Below, piece after piece: positions 45,568 to 57,267 of a stretch of DNA of 64,000 nt (the first letter of the stretch is position 1; each line of letters starts with the position of its first letter). The position numbers were made by a program, and so were the translations under genes. The DNA lies in NCBI RefSeq assembly GCF_009914755.1, contig NC_060943.1; one strand, written 5' to 3'. The notes beneath the pieces were generated by a model, which was not told the DNA's origin, did not search any database, and was given only the letters and a program-made list of their open reading frames with translations. Origin of the DNA: the human T2T-CHM13v2.0 reference genome, Homo sapiens.

Positions 45568-48118
45568 CAGGCATACCTTGGAGATATTGTAGTGTAGTTT
45601 CCAGACCACTGCAATAAAGCAAATATTGCAATAGAATGAGTCACATCAATTTTTTGGTTTCTTAATGCATATAAAAGTTATTTTTATGAGAGAACAAGGC
45701 AGGAGGATCACTTAAGCCCAGGAGTTTGAGAGCAGCCTGGCTACATAGTGAGACTCTATCTCTAGAAAGACATAAAAATATTAGCCTGGTGTGGTGGTAC
45801 GTGCCTGTAGTCTCAGCTGCTCAAAAGGCTGAGGTGGAAGAATCACTTGACCCCAGGAGATTGAGGCTGTAGTGAGCTAGGACTGCACCACTGCTCTCCA
45901 GCCTGGTTGACAGAGCGAGACCCTGTCTCTCCAAAAAAAAAAAATAAAAAATAAATTAAAAAAAAAAAAGGTATGTTTATATAATATTGTAGTCTAAGTG
46001 TACAAAAGCACTATGTTTTAAAAAAAAGTATAAACCTTAATTTAAAAATACTTTATTTTGCTAAAACATACAAGGATCATCTGACCTTCAGAAAATCATA
46101 ATCTTTTTTGCTGGTGGAGGGTCTTGCCTCAATGTTGACGGCTGCTGACTGATCAGGATAGTGGTTGCTGAAGGTTGGGCTGGCTGTGGCAATTTCTTAA
46201 AATAAGACGAACAGTTTGCCGCATTGACCCCTCCTTTCGAAAAAGATTTCTCAGTAGCATGTAATGCGATGTTATGATAGCATTTTACTCACAGAAGAAT
46301 GTTTTTCAAAATAGGAGTTGATCATCTCAAAGCCCTCCTCTGCTTTATCAACTACACTGACGTACTATGCTAAATCCTTTGTTGTCATTTCAACAATATT
46401 CATTCTCTTTACCAGGAGTAGATTCCATCTCAAGAAATCATCTTCTTTGCTCATCCGTAAGAAGCAACTCCTCACCTGTTCAAGTTTTGTCATAAGATTG
46501 TAGCAACTCAGTCCCATCACCAGGCTCCACTTCTAATTCTGGTTCTCTTAGTATTTCCACTCATCTGCAGTTACTTCCTCCACTGACTTCTTGACCCTCA
46601 AAGAGTTTGGGAGTGTTGGAATCAATTTCTCCCAAACCCAATGTTAATGTTGACATTCTGACCTCCTCTCATGAGTCTTGAATGTTCTTAATGACATCTA
46701 AGTGGTGAATCCTTCCCAGAAGGTTTTCAATTGACTTTGCCCAGATCCATCAGAGAAATCACTATCAATTGAAGCTATACTTTATGAAGTCTATTTCTTA
46801 AATATTAAGACTTGAAAGTTGAAATTACTCCTTGATCCATGGGCTGCAGAATGGATGTTGTGTTAGCATGAAAAGAACATTAATCTCCTCGCACATTTCC
46901 GTCAGAGCTCTCAGGTGACCAGGTGCATTGTTCGGTAAGCAATATTTTGGAAGGATTTTTTTTTTTTTTTCTGAGCAGTGCGTCTCAACAGTGGGCTTGA
47001 AATATTCAGCAAACAATGCAATAAACGGATTTGCTACCACTCAGGCTTTGTTGTTCCATTTCTAGAGCACAGGCAGAATAGACATAGCATAATTCTTAAG
47101 GGCCCTAAGATTTTCAGAATTGTAATTGACCACTGATTCAAGTTAAAGTCACCAGTAAGAGAATTGGCCTGTCTTTTGAAGCTTTGAAGCCAACTAATGA
47201 CTTTTCTCTAGTTATGAAAAGTCCTAGATGCATCTTCTTCCAATAGAAGGCCATTTCATCTACACTGAAAATCTGCTGTTTAGTGTAGCCACCTTCATCA
47301 GTGACTTCAGCTAGCTCTTCTGGATAGCTTTCCGCAGCTTCTACAATAGAAACTACTGCTTCACCTTGCACTTTTATGTTACAGAGATGACTTCTTTCCT
47401 TAAACCTCATGAACCAACCTCTGCTAGCCAACTTTTTCTTCTGTAGCTCCCTTGACTCTCTCAGCCTTCACAGAATTAAAAAGAGTTAGGACCTTGCTGT
47501 GTAGGCTTATGCTTAAGGGAATGTTGTAGTTGATTTAATCTTCTATGCTGACAACTAAAACTTTCTCCATATTAGTAATAAGGCTGTTTTGCTCTCTTAT
47601 TCATGTGTTTGGCTTTTGATGTGCCTTTCTCACTAGGCTTAATCATTTCTAGACTTTGTTTAATGTGAGGGACATGCAACTCTTCCTTTCACTTGAACAC
47701 ATAGATGTCATTGTAGGGTTATTAATTGGTCTCCTTTCTATATTGCTTTGTCTCAGAATAGAGAAGCCCAAGAAGAGGGAGAGAGAAGGGGGCATGGCTG
47801 ATTGTTGGAATAGTCAGAACACACACAACACTTACTAAGTTCACCATTTTTCTATGGTGATGCAGTTCACATCACCCCAAAACAATTACAGTGGTAATAT
47901 CAAAGACCACTGGTCACAGATCAGCATAACAAATATAATAATAATAAAAACATTTGAAATATTGTGAGAATTACCAAAATGTCACACAAAGGCATAAAGT
48001 GAGCACCAGTTATTGGAAAAATGAGGCCAAGTAGACTTACTCGAAGCAGGGTTACCACAAACCTTCAATGTATAAAACATTCAATATCTGCAAAGCACAA
48101 TACAACTAGGTATTCCTG
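45568..48118 (-). mobile_element. Full-length Tigger1 (TcMar-Tigger) with degenerate transposase
   Basis: TIRs caggcatacc.../...ggtattcctg flanked by TA on both sides; transposase remnants [15 protein letters not shown]...[16 protein letters not shown] (47138..47431). Confidence 0.93.
45687..45969 (+). mobile_element. 5'-truncated AluJ inside Tigger1
   Basis: ggaggatcacttaagcccaggagtttgag...gaggctgtagtgagct...gaccctgtctc (AluJ diagnostics). Confidence 0.88.
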
Positions 48119-48215
48119 TACTCAACAGTGGCATTTCATTAAATTCTATCTTCCATAGAAAGTAAAGTTTTCCTTCAAAGCCTAGAATGAGTAAATACAC
48201 CAAACAGTCAGACAT

Positions 48216-48347
48216 TTAAGATTTCTTTTATAACACCATGCTGAACAAATCTTATGCCTGAGATGTTAATATCCTCATTCATGCAGTCCACAGAAGTGTC
48301 ACCTTTTTCCCTCTTTTCTATCACAATATTAATTGGTAGACCATATC
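48216..48347 (-). pseudogene. SHCBP1: SHCBP1 pseudogene exon 9 equivalent (132 bp, open, donor GT>AT)
   Basis: ccttag|(G)YGLPINIVIEKREKGDTSVDCMNEDINISGIRFVQHGVIKEIL|atgtct; 30/44 residues match the recalled SHCBP1 segment. Confidence 0.92.
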
Positions 48348-50883
48348 CTAAGGAAGAGAACAGAAACATTTAAGGTGGGTGAGGGGAAATGTCCAAACAC
48401 AAAAATGTAGAACACATTTCTCTAGTGCAAGGGGCTTGAAATGATAATGAGACCAGTCAACCCAGATGCATTTAAATAAAGTCGATCTCCCCACATATCT
48501 TATTTAAACCAGGGCATCAAATTTTTAACAATAACAACTTCCCAATGTGTCCCCATACTAGCAAGACTACTCTATCAGCCATCTCAGAACAGCCCAGCAC
48601 AAAATGCACATACAAAGCTGCCATGAAAGTTAAAAAATAATCCTAAGGATCTACAACTGGGTCAAAGGGCTTTAAAGCATTCAGCTCTCTTAAGCTTTTG
48701 TCTAACTGCATGGGTGCTGTGGAAGGAACCTTAAGTATCTGAGATTCTATGATTCTAATACAAATTACATTTGAATAAACCTAAGCAGTTCTCAAGATTA
48801 CCTAATTTTAATATTCTCGTAGAAAGAATGACTTAAAATCTGACAAACTGACTTATGACAGTTTAGCTACAGGAAAAAACAGTCTATTTCATTAATCAAC
48901 AAAAAGCATTAGCTCTCCATAAATCTTAATCAAATCAGTAATACAGGCCAAGCCTCTGAGTGGGCTTACAAAAACCTGGAATATCGGAAAACTAAAGAAC
49001 TCGCTTGACTTTCATTATAAAACAGAAGACAAACACATAGACGAAGCTGTAAGAAAGAAAGACCTCATTGTCTAATGATAAGTCCTTGAGTACATGAAAG
49101 CAGTAACTGCAGTAAACAGGCAAAGCCACTGAACTTATCCATACTTGAAGGGTACAGACAAGCCTCTGGGGGCACTAGAGAAGGCAAGATGACTCCATAC
49201 ACTGGAATGCTACCAGGGTGGACTAGAAATGACTGAACAGTGAGTAATTTTGTTTCTGATTCTGTATGTGTCTGCCTGTACTTTGAATATTTTCTACAAT
49301 AACCATTGTTTTTTTAGCATCAGAAAAATTATAAATAGAAAAAGAATTGCATATTGAAGAAAAAACAGATTTTTACACAAATTACGTATTCTTATCAATT
49401 TAAAACATAAAGCCATTACCTAAAGTGAACAGATTTTCTAAAGAAAGAGAAGCCCAACCATAAGTACTATTAATACCCTGCACATAGTAGGTACTCAATA
49501 TATCTCTTAAGTGTTAGGTATAGATTACTATCAGATAAGCTTTAATTTACTCATAAGCTAGTGCTCCATATATTCACACCAGAGATACCATTTGATTCCT
49601 CAATTCTCAGAAATGTCCTCTGTTAGTAAATTTACAGTCATTTTTACACTCAACTATCAGAATTTGATAGGTTATTTATGACACTCTGGCAATTACATTG
49701 TAATTTCCTCACCAATCTAAGAACTCTTATCTACTATACAATTTATAATATGAATGTTATTTTTACTCTGCCAAAAAATAAAGTGTTTTTATTGCAGTGA
49801 TTTATCCTGCACATGTGTTACTTATACATACACATCTATTATAAATCAAGTATTGGAGAGGAGAAAGAACAAAATTAACAAACATAAAACAAAAAAGGGA
49901 GTGAGATGATGTACTAGTGAACAGCAGGAAATTAAACTCCCAGCCTTGCTTCCATTAAGAAGTTTTGACAAGATAAAGATCAAGAACACAGCTTAAGCAG
50001 TTAGTGAACAGCTGCACAAGTCCCAAAATGATATATGATTTTTTTGCATTACAAGCTTCATTGCTAACTTGTAGCAGTTTTGGTAAATAGTTGAATAGGT
50101 ACAACTAAATTTGACACATTACGGAAATATACAAGACCAAGATGAACAATTGTAAAGTAACCTGAACTTAGGAATTACTCCAAATGAACAAAAAGATTAT
50201 AACTGGAAAAGTTATTTTTAATAGATATTGAAGATATCTATTAAAGCAGATAATAGTTATCTATTAACTATTATATATTTAATATTAATCTTTCAACATT
50301 AACGTTTTCAAAAGTATACTGTGTCAAGACACAAAGTGTAGCATTTGTGACACTCAGCAAACTTTTAGAGAATTAAGATAATTTTTGATACCAATTTCAA
50401 GTAAAACGCCCTTCACCATATCTCTCACAAAAATAAGCTAAATTTAAAACAAAAAACAAACAGCCATGCACTAAGATATCACAATATCTATGAGATAAGA
50501 GCAAGTAACAAACTAAAAAATACTGAAATTAAAAATAATATTGTTGGGAATCTTTTTTTTTTAATTCTAGAAATTTGACATCCTTTCCATAAATCACCTA
50601 CGATCTGTATAGTTTGCTTCTTCCTCATGGTCTTTTTTCTATACAGCCCTGTAAGTATCTTCCCAACATATACACTGCTACAAAGAACCACAAGTCCACT
50701 TACTCAAAAACTGGGTCAACTCCTTTTAAGCTTCCAATGCCTTTAATGTTTCAAGGCAATTCAATAATTCATTTGAAGTGAAATAGGTTGAAATCACATT
50801 CTTGGAGCTTTGACAAGAACAGTCATTTATTGTTTACTTAATCATGTCATGCATGAGAGTTTGGTTGTGTCTTCCATACCCAC

Positions 50884-51007
50884 CTTCCAACTCAATGGAG
50901 TCAACACTGCACTCCATTATGCCACATACCACAAAATGGTCAGGACAAACGATAACAGTGTCACCTTCATAGCAGGCATTTATAACAGATAATGGATCAC
51001 CGAAGAA
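50884..51007 (-). pseudogene. SHCBP1: SHCBP1 pseudogene exon 8 equivalent (124 bp, open, AG/GT intact)
   Basis: ttttctag|FFGDPLSVINACYEGDTVIVCPDHFVVCGIMECSVDSIELE(G)|gtgggt. Confidence 0.92.
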
Positions 51008-51042
51008 CTAGAAAACAACAACATATTTGCAAATATACACCC

Positions 51043-51431
51043 ACATATGGTGTGGATCTCTGTCCCCAACCAAGTCTCATGTCTCATGTTCAATTGTAAT
51101 CCCCAGTGTTGGATGTGGAGCCTAGTGGGAGGTGACTGGGTAATGGGGACAGTTTCTAATGGTTTAGTACCATCCCCCTAGTGCTGTCTCATGACAGAGT
51201 TCTCATGAGATCTGGTTGTTTAAAAGTATGTAGCACCTACCCTCATTCTCTTTCTTCCTCCTCCTCCAGCCATTTAAGCCATGCCTGCTTCCCCTTCACC
51301 TTCTGCCATGATTGTAAGTTTCCTGAGGCCTCCCCTGCCATGTGTCCTTATAACCTGCAGAACTGTGAGCCAATTAAACCTCTTTTCTTTATCAGGTATT
51401 TATAGGCAGTGTGCAAAGTGACAAATATACA
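51043..51431 (+). mobile_element. MSTA-like MaLR solo LTR
   Basis: gtaatccccagtgttgg...ccatgattgtaagtttcctgaggcctcc...gccaattaaacctcttttc. Confidence 0.85.
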
Positions 51432-51699
51432 ACCCCACAAAGCAACTCGAGTATTATTCCAAGTGCCTTCATGTCTCACTCTGAAAATGGAGCCAACACT
51501 GCACGCTGAAGCATCTCCTTTGGTAGTGGACTGAACCTAATGCATGCCTGGTAAGTGGCTACTGCTGATGAAAGGCAGGGTTCTCACTACTTCCTATTTA
51601 ACAGAAAACCACCTCTGGGAAGCTCTGTGTAGAATTCATGAAAACCTATGGTGAATCAGAAGGAAAAAAGCCACTTGCAGCAAGACACTCTTCTTTTAC

Positions 51700-51864
51700 C
51701 TGAATTTCTATATCTTCCCCCAAGGCACCTGGCAAAGCCTGTCCATGAGTAGGGTCCACAGCAGACCAGTCATCATGGTGGAGGAGATCTCATGGGTGGA
51801 ACTTCTGACAACTGGATGGACACCCTTTGCTTAGATGTTAGAATTCTGATAACCAAACACATAC
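51700..51864 (-). pseudogene. SHCBP1: SHCBP1 pseudogene exon 7 equivalent (acceptor AG>TG, stop, frameshifts)
   Basis: ttcatg|G TAT GTG TTT GGT TAT CAG; YVFGYQNSNI*AKGV...SSTMMTGLLWTLLMDRLCQ...; donor CAG|gtaaaa; 91-bp intron from exon 6. Confidence 0.9.
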
Positions 51865-51955
51865 CATGAAGAAACCAAACAGACCTAACAGTTCTCAGTA
51901 AGATAGCAAGGAAGAAAAGATGCTAACTAGCTAAGAATTACAAAGGCACACATAC

Positions 51956-52177
51956 CTCAACAAAGGACTCTCCATGAGTTTTAGCTTTTGCTTCACCTGT
52001 TCAATCTCTGAATACAATTTTAACCCTTCAACCATGGAGATATTTTCCTGCTCAGAGCTACAATTTGCCAAACTGCTTCTCAGATTAAAAAATTTGCTGT
52101 AACTCTCCTCACATTGAGACAACAGATTGTGGTAGTCACGTCCTGAAGGAACTCAGTTTTCAAGAATGTCATAATCC
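51956..52177 (-). pseudogene. SHCBP1: SHCBP1 pseudogene exon 6 equivalent (222 bp, premature TGA)
   Basis: ctctcag|...|gtatgt; DYDILEN*VPSGRDYHNLLSQCEESYSKFFNLRSSLANCSSEQENISMVEGLKLYSEIEQVKQKLKLMESPLLR; TGA at 52153-52155 replaces an Arg; overlaps ORF 51931..52122. Confidence 0.93.
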
Positions 52178-53065
52178 CTGAGAGTTTAAAAGCAAACTGA
52201 AATCCATTGCCTTTCAGACACATTTTTTCTCATTAAGAAAGCCCATGGAGTCCTCAAAGACCCACTAAGAAAAGTGCTTTATAACTCAGGTACATGTTAA
52301 GTCTCTCTGAATAGTACTCTAAGTGGTAACTGTTGAAAGTTTCAAACACCACTTCATTGAAGTCATTAATTTTTCTTCTTTTGAGGAATTGTTTTTTCTT
52401 AGATCCAAACATTTGTGCTTTAGAATTACCTAAAGTTCATATTGTACAATTTGTAATCATTATTTAATAAGAAATTATTTTCTTCTCATATATTAGATTC
52501 AAAATCTTAATAAGGAGTGGGTGGCAAGGGCCAACTGGGGAGTAGGGGTATAGAGGGAAGTAAATTGTTTCACAATGGTTAAGACTGCCATGTTTTTCAG
52601 AGATCTGAATGTGATTTTAAAATGTTTTAAAAGATTACCATATTTATAGGATCAAAAATTAGAAATGACTCAAACTGTCTAGTCCTTCCTTACATTTAAA
52701 GCACTATATAGGCACAAAATTATGTTGAATATTCCCAGAGAAAGACCAGGGGATTTCAAAAAAATAAACCTTTGAGATTTTGAGGGGAAAAAAATGCTGT
52801 CATTATTAGAGAATGATTAACACAAAATAACTTTGTACTGGACAACCTTACTGGCACTTGAAATTTATTCATTTACATAAATTCTCAAATATAATGACAG
52901 AACAAAAAGTATGTCTCAATGTAATAAAATAATTTATAAATGTACAGTCAATAGATATTAAATTAATGGGTTTAACAATAAAATAAAATATTGCCATTAC
53001 CTGTAGTTTTAAAATAATTGCTTTATTTTTCAGTTAAATGTATATCAACTAGCTGTGCCTTAGGT

Positions 53066-53230
53066 TAGAGCTTCTCAATTCTGATGAATATTAGAATCAC
53101 CTAGGATCTTTCAAAAATACAGATGCTCAGGCCAACATCCAGAGCAATAAAAACGGGCCTCTGAAAGTGGAGAGGTATTTTTTAAAGTTCCCCAAGCATG
53201 TAATGTGTAGCCAAGGTTGAGAACTATTGT
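53066..53230. mobile_element. MER5-like hAT-Charlie element
   Basis: cttctcaa...attagaatcacct...ccaaggttgagaactattg. Confidence 0.7.
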
Positions 53231-54912
53231 CTTAGATTATTATTTTTTTAACTTCGTCATGCTCTTAAGAAGATGGGGGGAGGGGAGAAAGCTGAACAAA
53301 ATCCTAATTCATATCAAATTATGGTGAACACTCAATATTTAAAATGAACAGAAGATTTTATTTTCTTGCTTTTCCAAGTAAATGGATTGGGTAAAGCTTG
53401 AAAAAGTAAGGATTTTGTCTACTTTGGTTATCCACACTCATTTAAAGATACTCTAGAAATCTACTTTGCAAATAAGAAATTACGAACCAAACCACTGGTC
53501 TATTAAGTTGCGAAGATTAAGACTAAAATTTTAAAATAAGTTTCTTAGCATTTCCAATATCCATGCAAGTTAGCTTATTTCTTCTCATTAGATTGATACT
53601 TTACAGTCTAGAACCAGTGAACCAACATCATCTTCAGACCCCTAAGTTCTGAAGTAGTGTGTTTTGAATTAGAAAGGAAAAATATTTGCCACATGGTGCA
53701 AAATCAAGACAGTGATTTGATCTTGCCTGCTGATAGCTCTACTCCTATCTTAGCCCAGGAACCTTTTTAGAGTCTGCATACATGTGATAACATTCCAGTT
53801 TCTCCATCAAGTGCCACAGTTTCTTCTCCGTAACTAAAGACAATTCCTCCCTTATGCTGTCCCATCTGCCAGTGATGTACAAGGCATGTATGGAGATCAT
53901 TACTTGTCCACACATGCAAGGCTCTCAAATCAGAATACAATTTTTTTTGTCCACATACAGATCAAATTTGCCAGATATGCATTATATTTACCTACCATTA
54001 CATTCTACTTCAATCAAAACCAATCACTGCTCTTTAAGAGCAAGTGTATCAAACCTAGAAAATATTCAAGCTTTTTGATGTTCTGGGATTGTACTGAACA
54101 CACTATAGAAAAATAGGAAATGCACAATAGAAAAATTAGAAAGGTAGAAATCACAGTCAACTTATGAAAGCTGAAATCAGACATACATAATTGTAAACCA
54201 GGTAGAACCATTAACCAGATTTTCATTTTTTAAAAAATTTTGTTATTATTTACTATTTAAACCAAGAGAAACTTACTAAATCAAATCAAACTGCATGAAA
54301 ATGTAAAGGCCTTGTCTTATATAATGTCAAATCATCTTTCACATAGGAAAAACAAATTACCTTCTACAATTCTTTTTAGTGTGAGTTCTAATTTTATTGC
54401 AGCATTGCCTGTTAATTTACTGCTCAGGAATACAGGAGAAAATTACTGGTCTTACAGCACCATCTAGTGGAAAGATAAGTGTCGCATGTAACAAGATCAG
54501 CATAGAACAACTACTTAATTTAGGTTGCATGATTAATTTTGGTATTTTTGAACGGAAAAGCTTTTCCTTGTCAAAATATGATAAATTAGAAGAATGCGTT
54601 TAGGTATTTTTGATTCATCTGTTAGTTTAACCTAGTATGTTTTACTATAGGAACTTAGAGTAAAGCCATATACTTTAAAAAAAAAGTATTATTTAAGTTT
54701 CAAGCAAAAAAGTCTCTATAATGCAAATAAGTTCTTTGTTTTTCAAACAATTGTCATTAAATAGATGTTCACAAACCTCCTGATTTTAGGCTTAGTTTAT
54801 AAACAGTTAAAGCAGGTTTCTCTGCACTTGTTCGTTTCATTTAATAACTTGAAAAGGGGCTGCACTATTTGTATATTGGTCTATTTCTGTCTATAGGCCC
54901 TTGGAGTAAGAG

Positions 54913-54972
54913 TATGTGCGTGTGTATGTGTGTGTGTATGTGTGTGTGTGCGTGCATTGCGCATGTGTGTGT
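54913..54972. repeat. (TG)n microsatellite
   Basis: Imperfect tgtgtg run. Confidence 0.85.
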
Positions 54973-55038
54973 CTCACAAAGGTAAAATTAAGCCATGGTA
55001 ACTATTTTTTCAATATGTACAAGGTCAGTAATAAACAC

Positions 55039-55131
55039 AATCTCAATTGAGGTTTAACACGTCTGACAAAACAATCATATGCATCATCCTTTTCTTCATC
55101 CCAACTCTTCCAAATGTTCTGGTAGAAAAAC
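55039..55131 (-). pseudogene. SHCBP1: SHCBP1 pseudogene exon 5 equivalent (93 bp, open, AG/GT intact)
   Basis: tttttcag|G TTT TTC TAC...AGA TT|gtgttt; FFYQNIWKSWDEEKDDAYDCFVRRVKPQLRL versus recalled SHCBP1 FFYQNIWRSWDEEEEDEYDYFVRCVEPRLRL. Confidence 0.92.
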
Positions 55132-55369
55132 CTGAAAAATAACTTAATATCATTCAAATTTAATCACTGGCTCCAAATGTTAGGATTCTGGAGGGATGAG
55201 AGCTAAAGAATAAATCAAAGCAATTCTCATATCTCAGAGAATGCTGCATATTTGCTATGGTTATCAGTTGAGTCACACAAGATAAAGACCTTCTTTGAAT
55301 CAGCTAGAGGGGTTTTTCTATAACACTCATTTTTTTAAAACTTTCTTTTTATCAGAAGTAGTATTTATT

Positions 55370-55785
55370 GACCATCTCTAACTGGGCAGGTAGTAGTTCC
55401 ATTTGTTGAGATAGAAAACACTGGGAGAGAAACAGGTTTGGGGTTCAAAATGAAGAGTTGTGTCTTTGCCATGTTCAGGCTGAGATGCCTATCTGACCTC
55501 CCAGTAATGACGTCAAATGTACAGAGAAATATACAAGCCCAGAGATCCAGGGAAAGGTCAGGGCTAGAGACATAAATCTGGGAGGTGTCAGCATATTAAT
55601 AGTTTTAAAGCAGTAAATGAGATCATCTAGGGACATAATATAAAGCAGCAGTTCTCAACCCTGGTTGCACATTAGGGTCCCCCGGGATACTTTAAAAAAT
55701 TGATTCCCTATCCCAGACCAATAAATCAGATATCTGCGGAGGGAAGGGGGTTAGCATTCACATGTTTTTTAAAGCTCTCTAAGCA
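55370..55785. mobile_element. L2 fragment followed by a MER5-like element
   Basis: gggaaaggtcagggctagagacataaatctgggagg (L2); cagcagttctcaaccctggttgcacattag (MER5). Confidence 0.6.
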
Positions 55786-56427
55786 CTTTAACAAATTTTT
55801 ATTACAAAAAATTCTAAACATACAACAGATAAAATAGTATCATGAATATCATGTATCCATCAGCCAACTTCAAGAATTACCCACTTGGGAGAAATCTTAT
55901 TTCATCTCTACCTCACCAACCTACCCTCTGCTCCTCTCCTCTCATCATCCTGACCCTGGCTTATTTTGAAGCAAATCTCAGATGTATCAAATCATTCACA
56001 AATTTTTAGTATGTAGCTCTAAAATAAATCCTTATGCCAAAAAAGTTTTAATTTCTTAATATTACCAAATATCCAGTCAGTACTCAAATTTTCCTAATTT
56101 TCTCTTTTGCTGTTGTTGTTTTACAGTTGACTTGTTCAAATTAGGATCCAAACAAGGCCAGCTGTGGCCCTTAATGGATGCGTCTCTTAAATCACTTTTA
56201 TTCTATACATTACCCCTTGCTCTTTTTACCCTTGTAATTTATTTAATAGTTTCACACACACTGAATTTTGTTGATTACTTATCCATGGGGTCATTTAACA
56301 TGTTTTTCTGTTTCTTTCCTTTCTAGTAAACTGATAGTAAGATCTAGAGCTTGATGGGCTTCAGGAAAGACTTTTTGGCAGGAATACTTCAAGTGAGGTA
56401 TGATGTACTTGCATCGGGAAGCACATA

Positions 56428-57267
56428 TAGCAAGTCCTCTAATATCAGCCTTTCATTGAATGCCTTTCACTATATAAGGGAATAAACATCAATTCCTGGC
56501 CATAGTCGCAGTCTGTGTGGAGTTTTCATGTTTTTCCTATGTCTGCATGGGTTTTCTACAGGTACTCTGGCTTCCCACATCATAAAGATGTGCATACGAA
56601 AGATGAGCATGCTAGCTGAACTGGTGTGTCGACATCGTCCCAGTCTGAGTGTGGGTGTGAGTGCACCCTGGGATGAAGTGGCATTGTGTCTCATGCTGGT
56701 TCCTATCTTGCACCCTAAGCTGCCATGATAGGTTTTGGCCACCTGCATCCCTGAACTGGAATAAGCAGGTTGGAAAATGAAAGAATGAATATGAATTATT
56801 GTCAAATAAAAAATCTTAAATTAGACAATAATCATACAAATGCACAACAATAAACAATGCAGTATAAAATCACTCAGCGAGTCCATCAAGTTGGTGACGG
56901 TTTGAACCACGTGGTGGTAAAGGGTACTCCTTACAATTTTTACTTTGCCGACATTTATTCCTCAATTTGACCAACCACCACCATGACTGCCGTGACTCAC
57001 TGATTCACCAAAAATTGGGTAAATAATTATTTTGTTTTTATAATCTTTCTTATATGTATACAGGATTCACATTTATTTCAATGTTCAAGATTAAAATTGT
57101 TTTTGGTCTTTATTTAGAAGTTTGGTGATGTTTTTGTGACCAGAAATAGGCCATAGGAACTTTAACTTTTGTTTGTATCTATTAGCCTATGGTAACATTG
57201 GTTTTGTAATTTCGCTTAAAGTTGAAGTTTCCAAGAACCTGTCGACAACAGTAAGTGAAGACTTCTA
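56428..57267 (+). mobile_element. MER6 (TcMar-Tigger non-autonomous element)
   Basis: Ends agcaagtcctc.../...aagtgaagactt; internal gtctgtgtggagttttcatgtttttcctatgtctgcatgggttttc. Confidence 0.8.

Noticed and set aside
48970-49046. Cryptic 77-nt minus-strand exon (ctttcttacag|...|gtaagc)
   Set aside because: Weak donor context, no homology; such motifs are expected by chance in AT-rich introns
53580-54120. Possible additional SHCBP1 exon between exons 5 and 6
   Set aside because: No SHCBP1-like translation seen; exon 5 and 6 peptides are already contiguous
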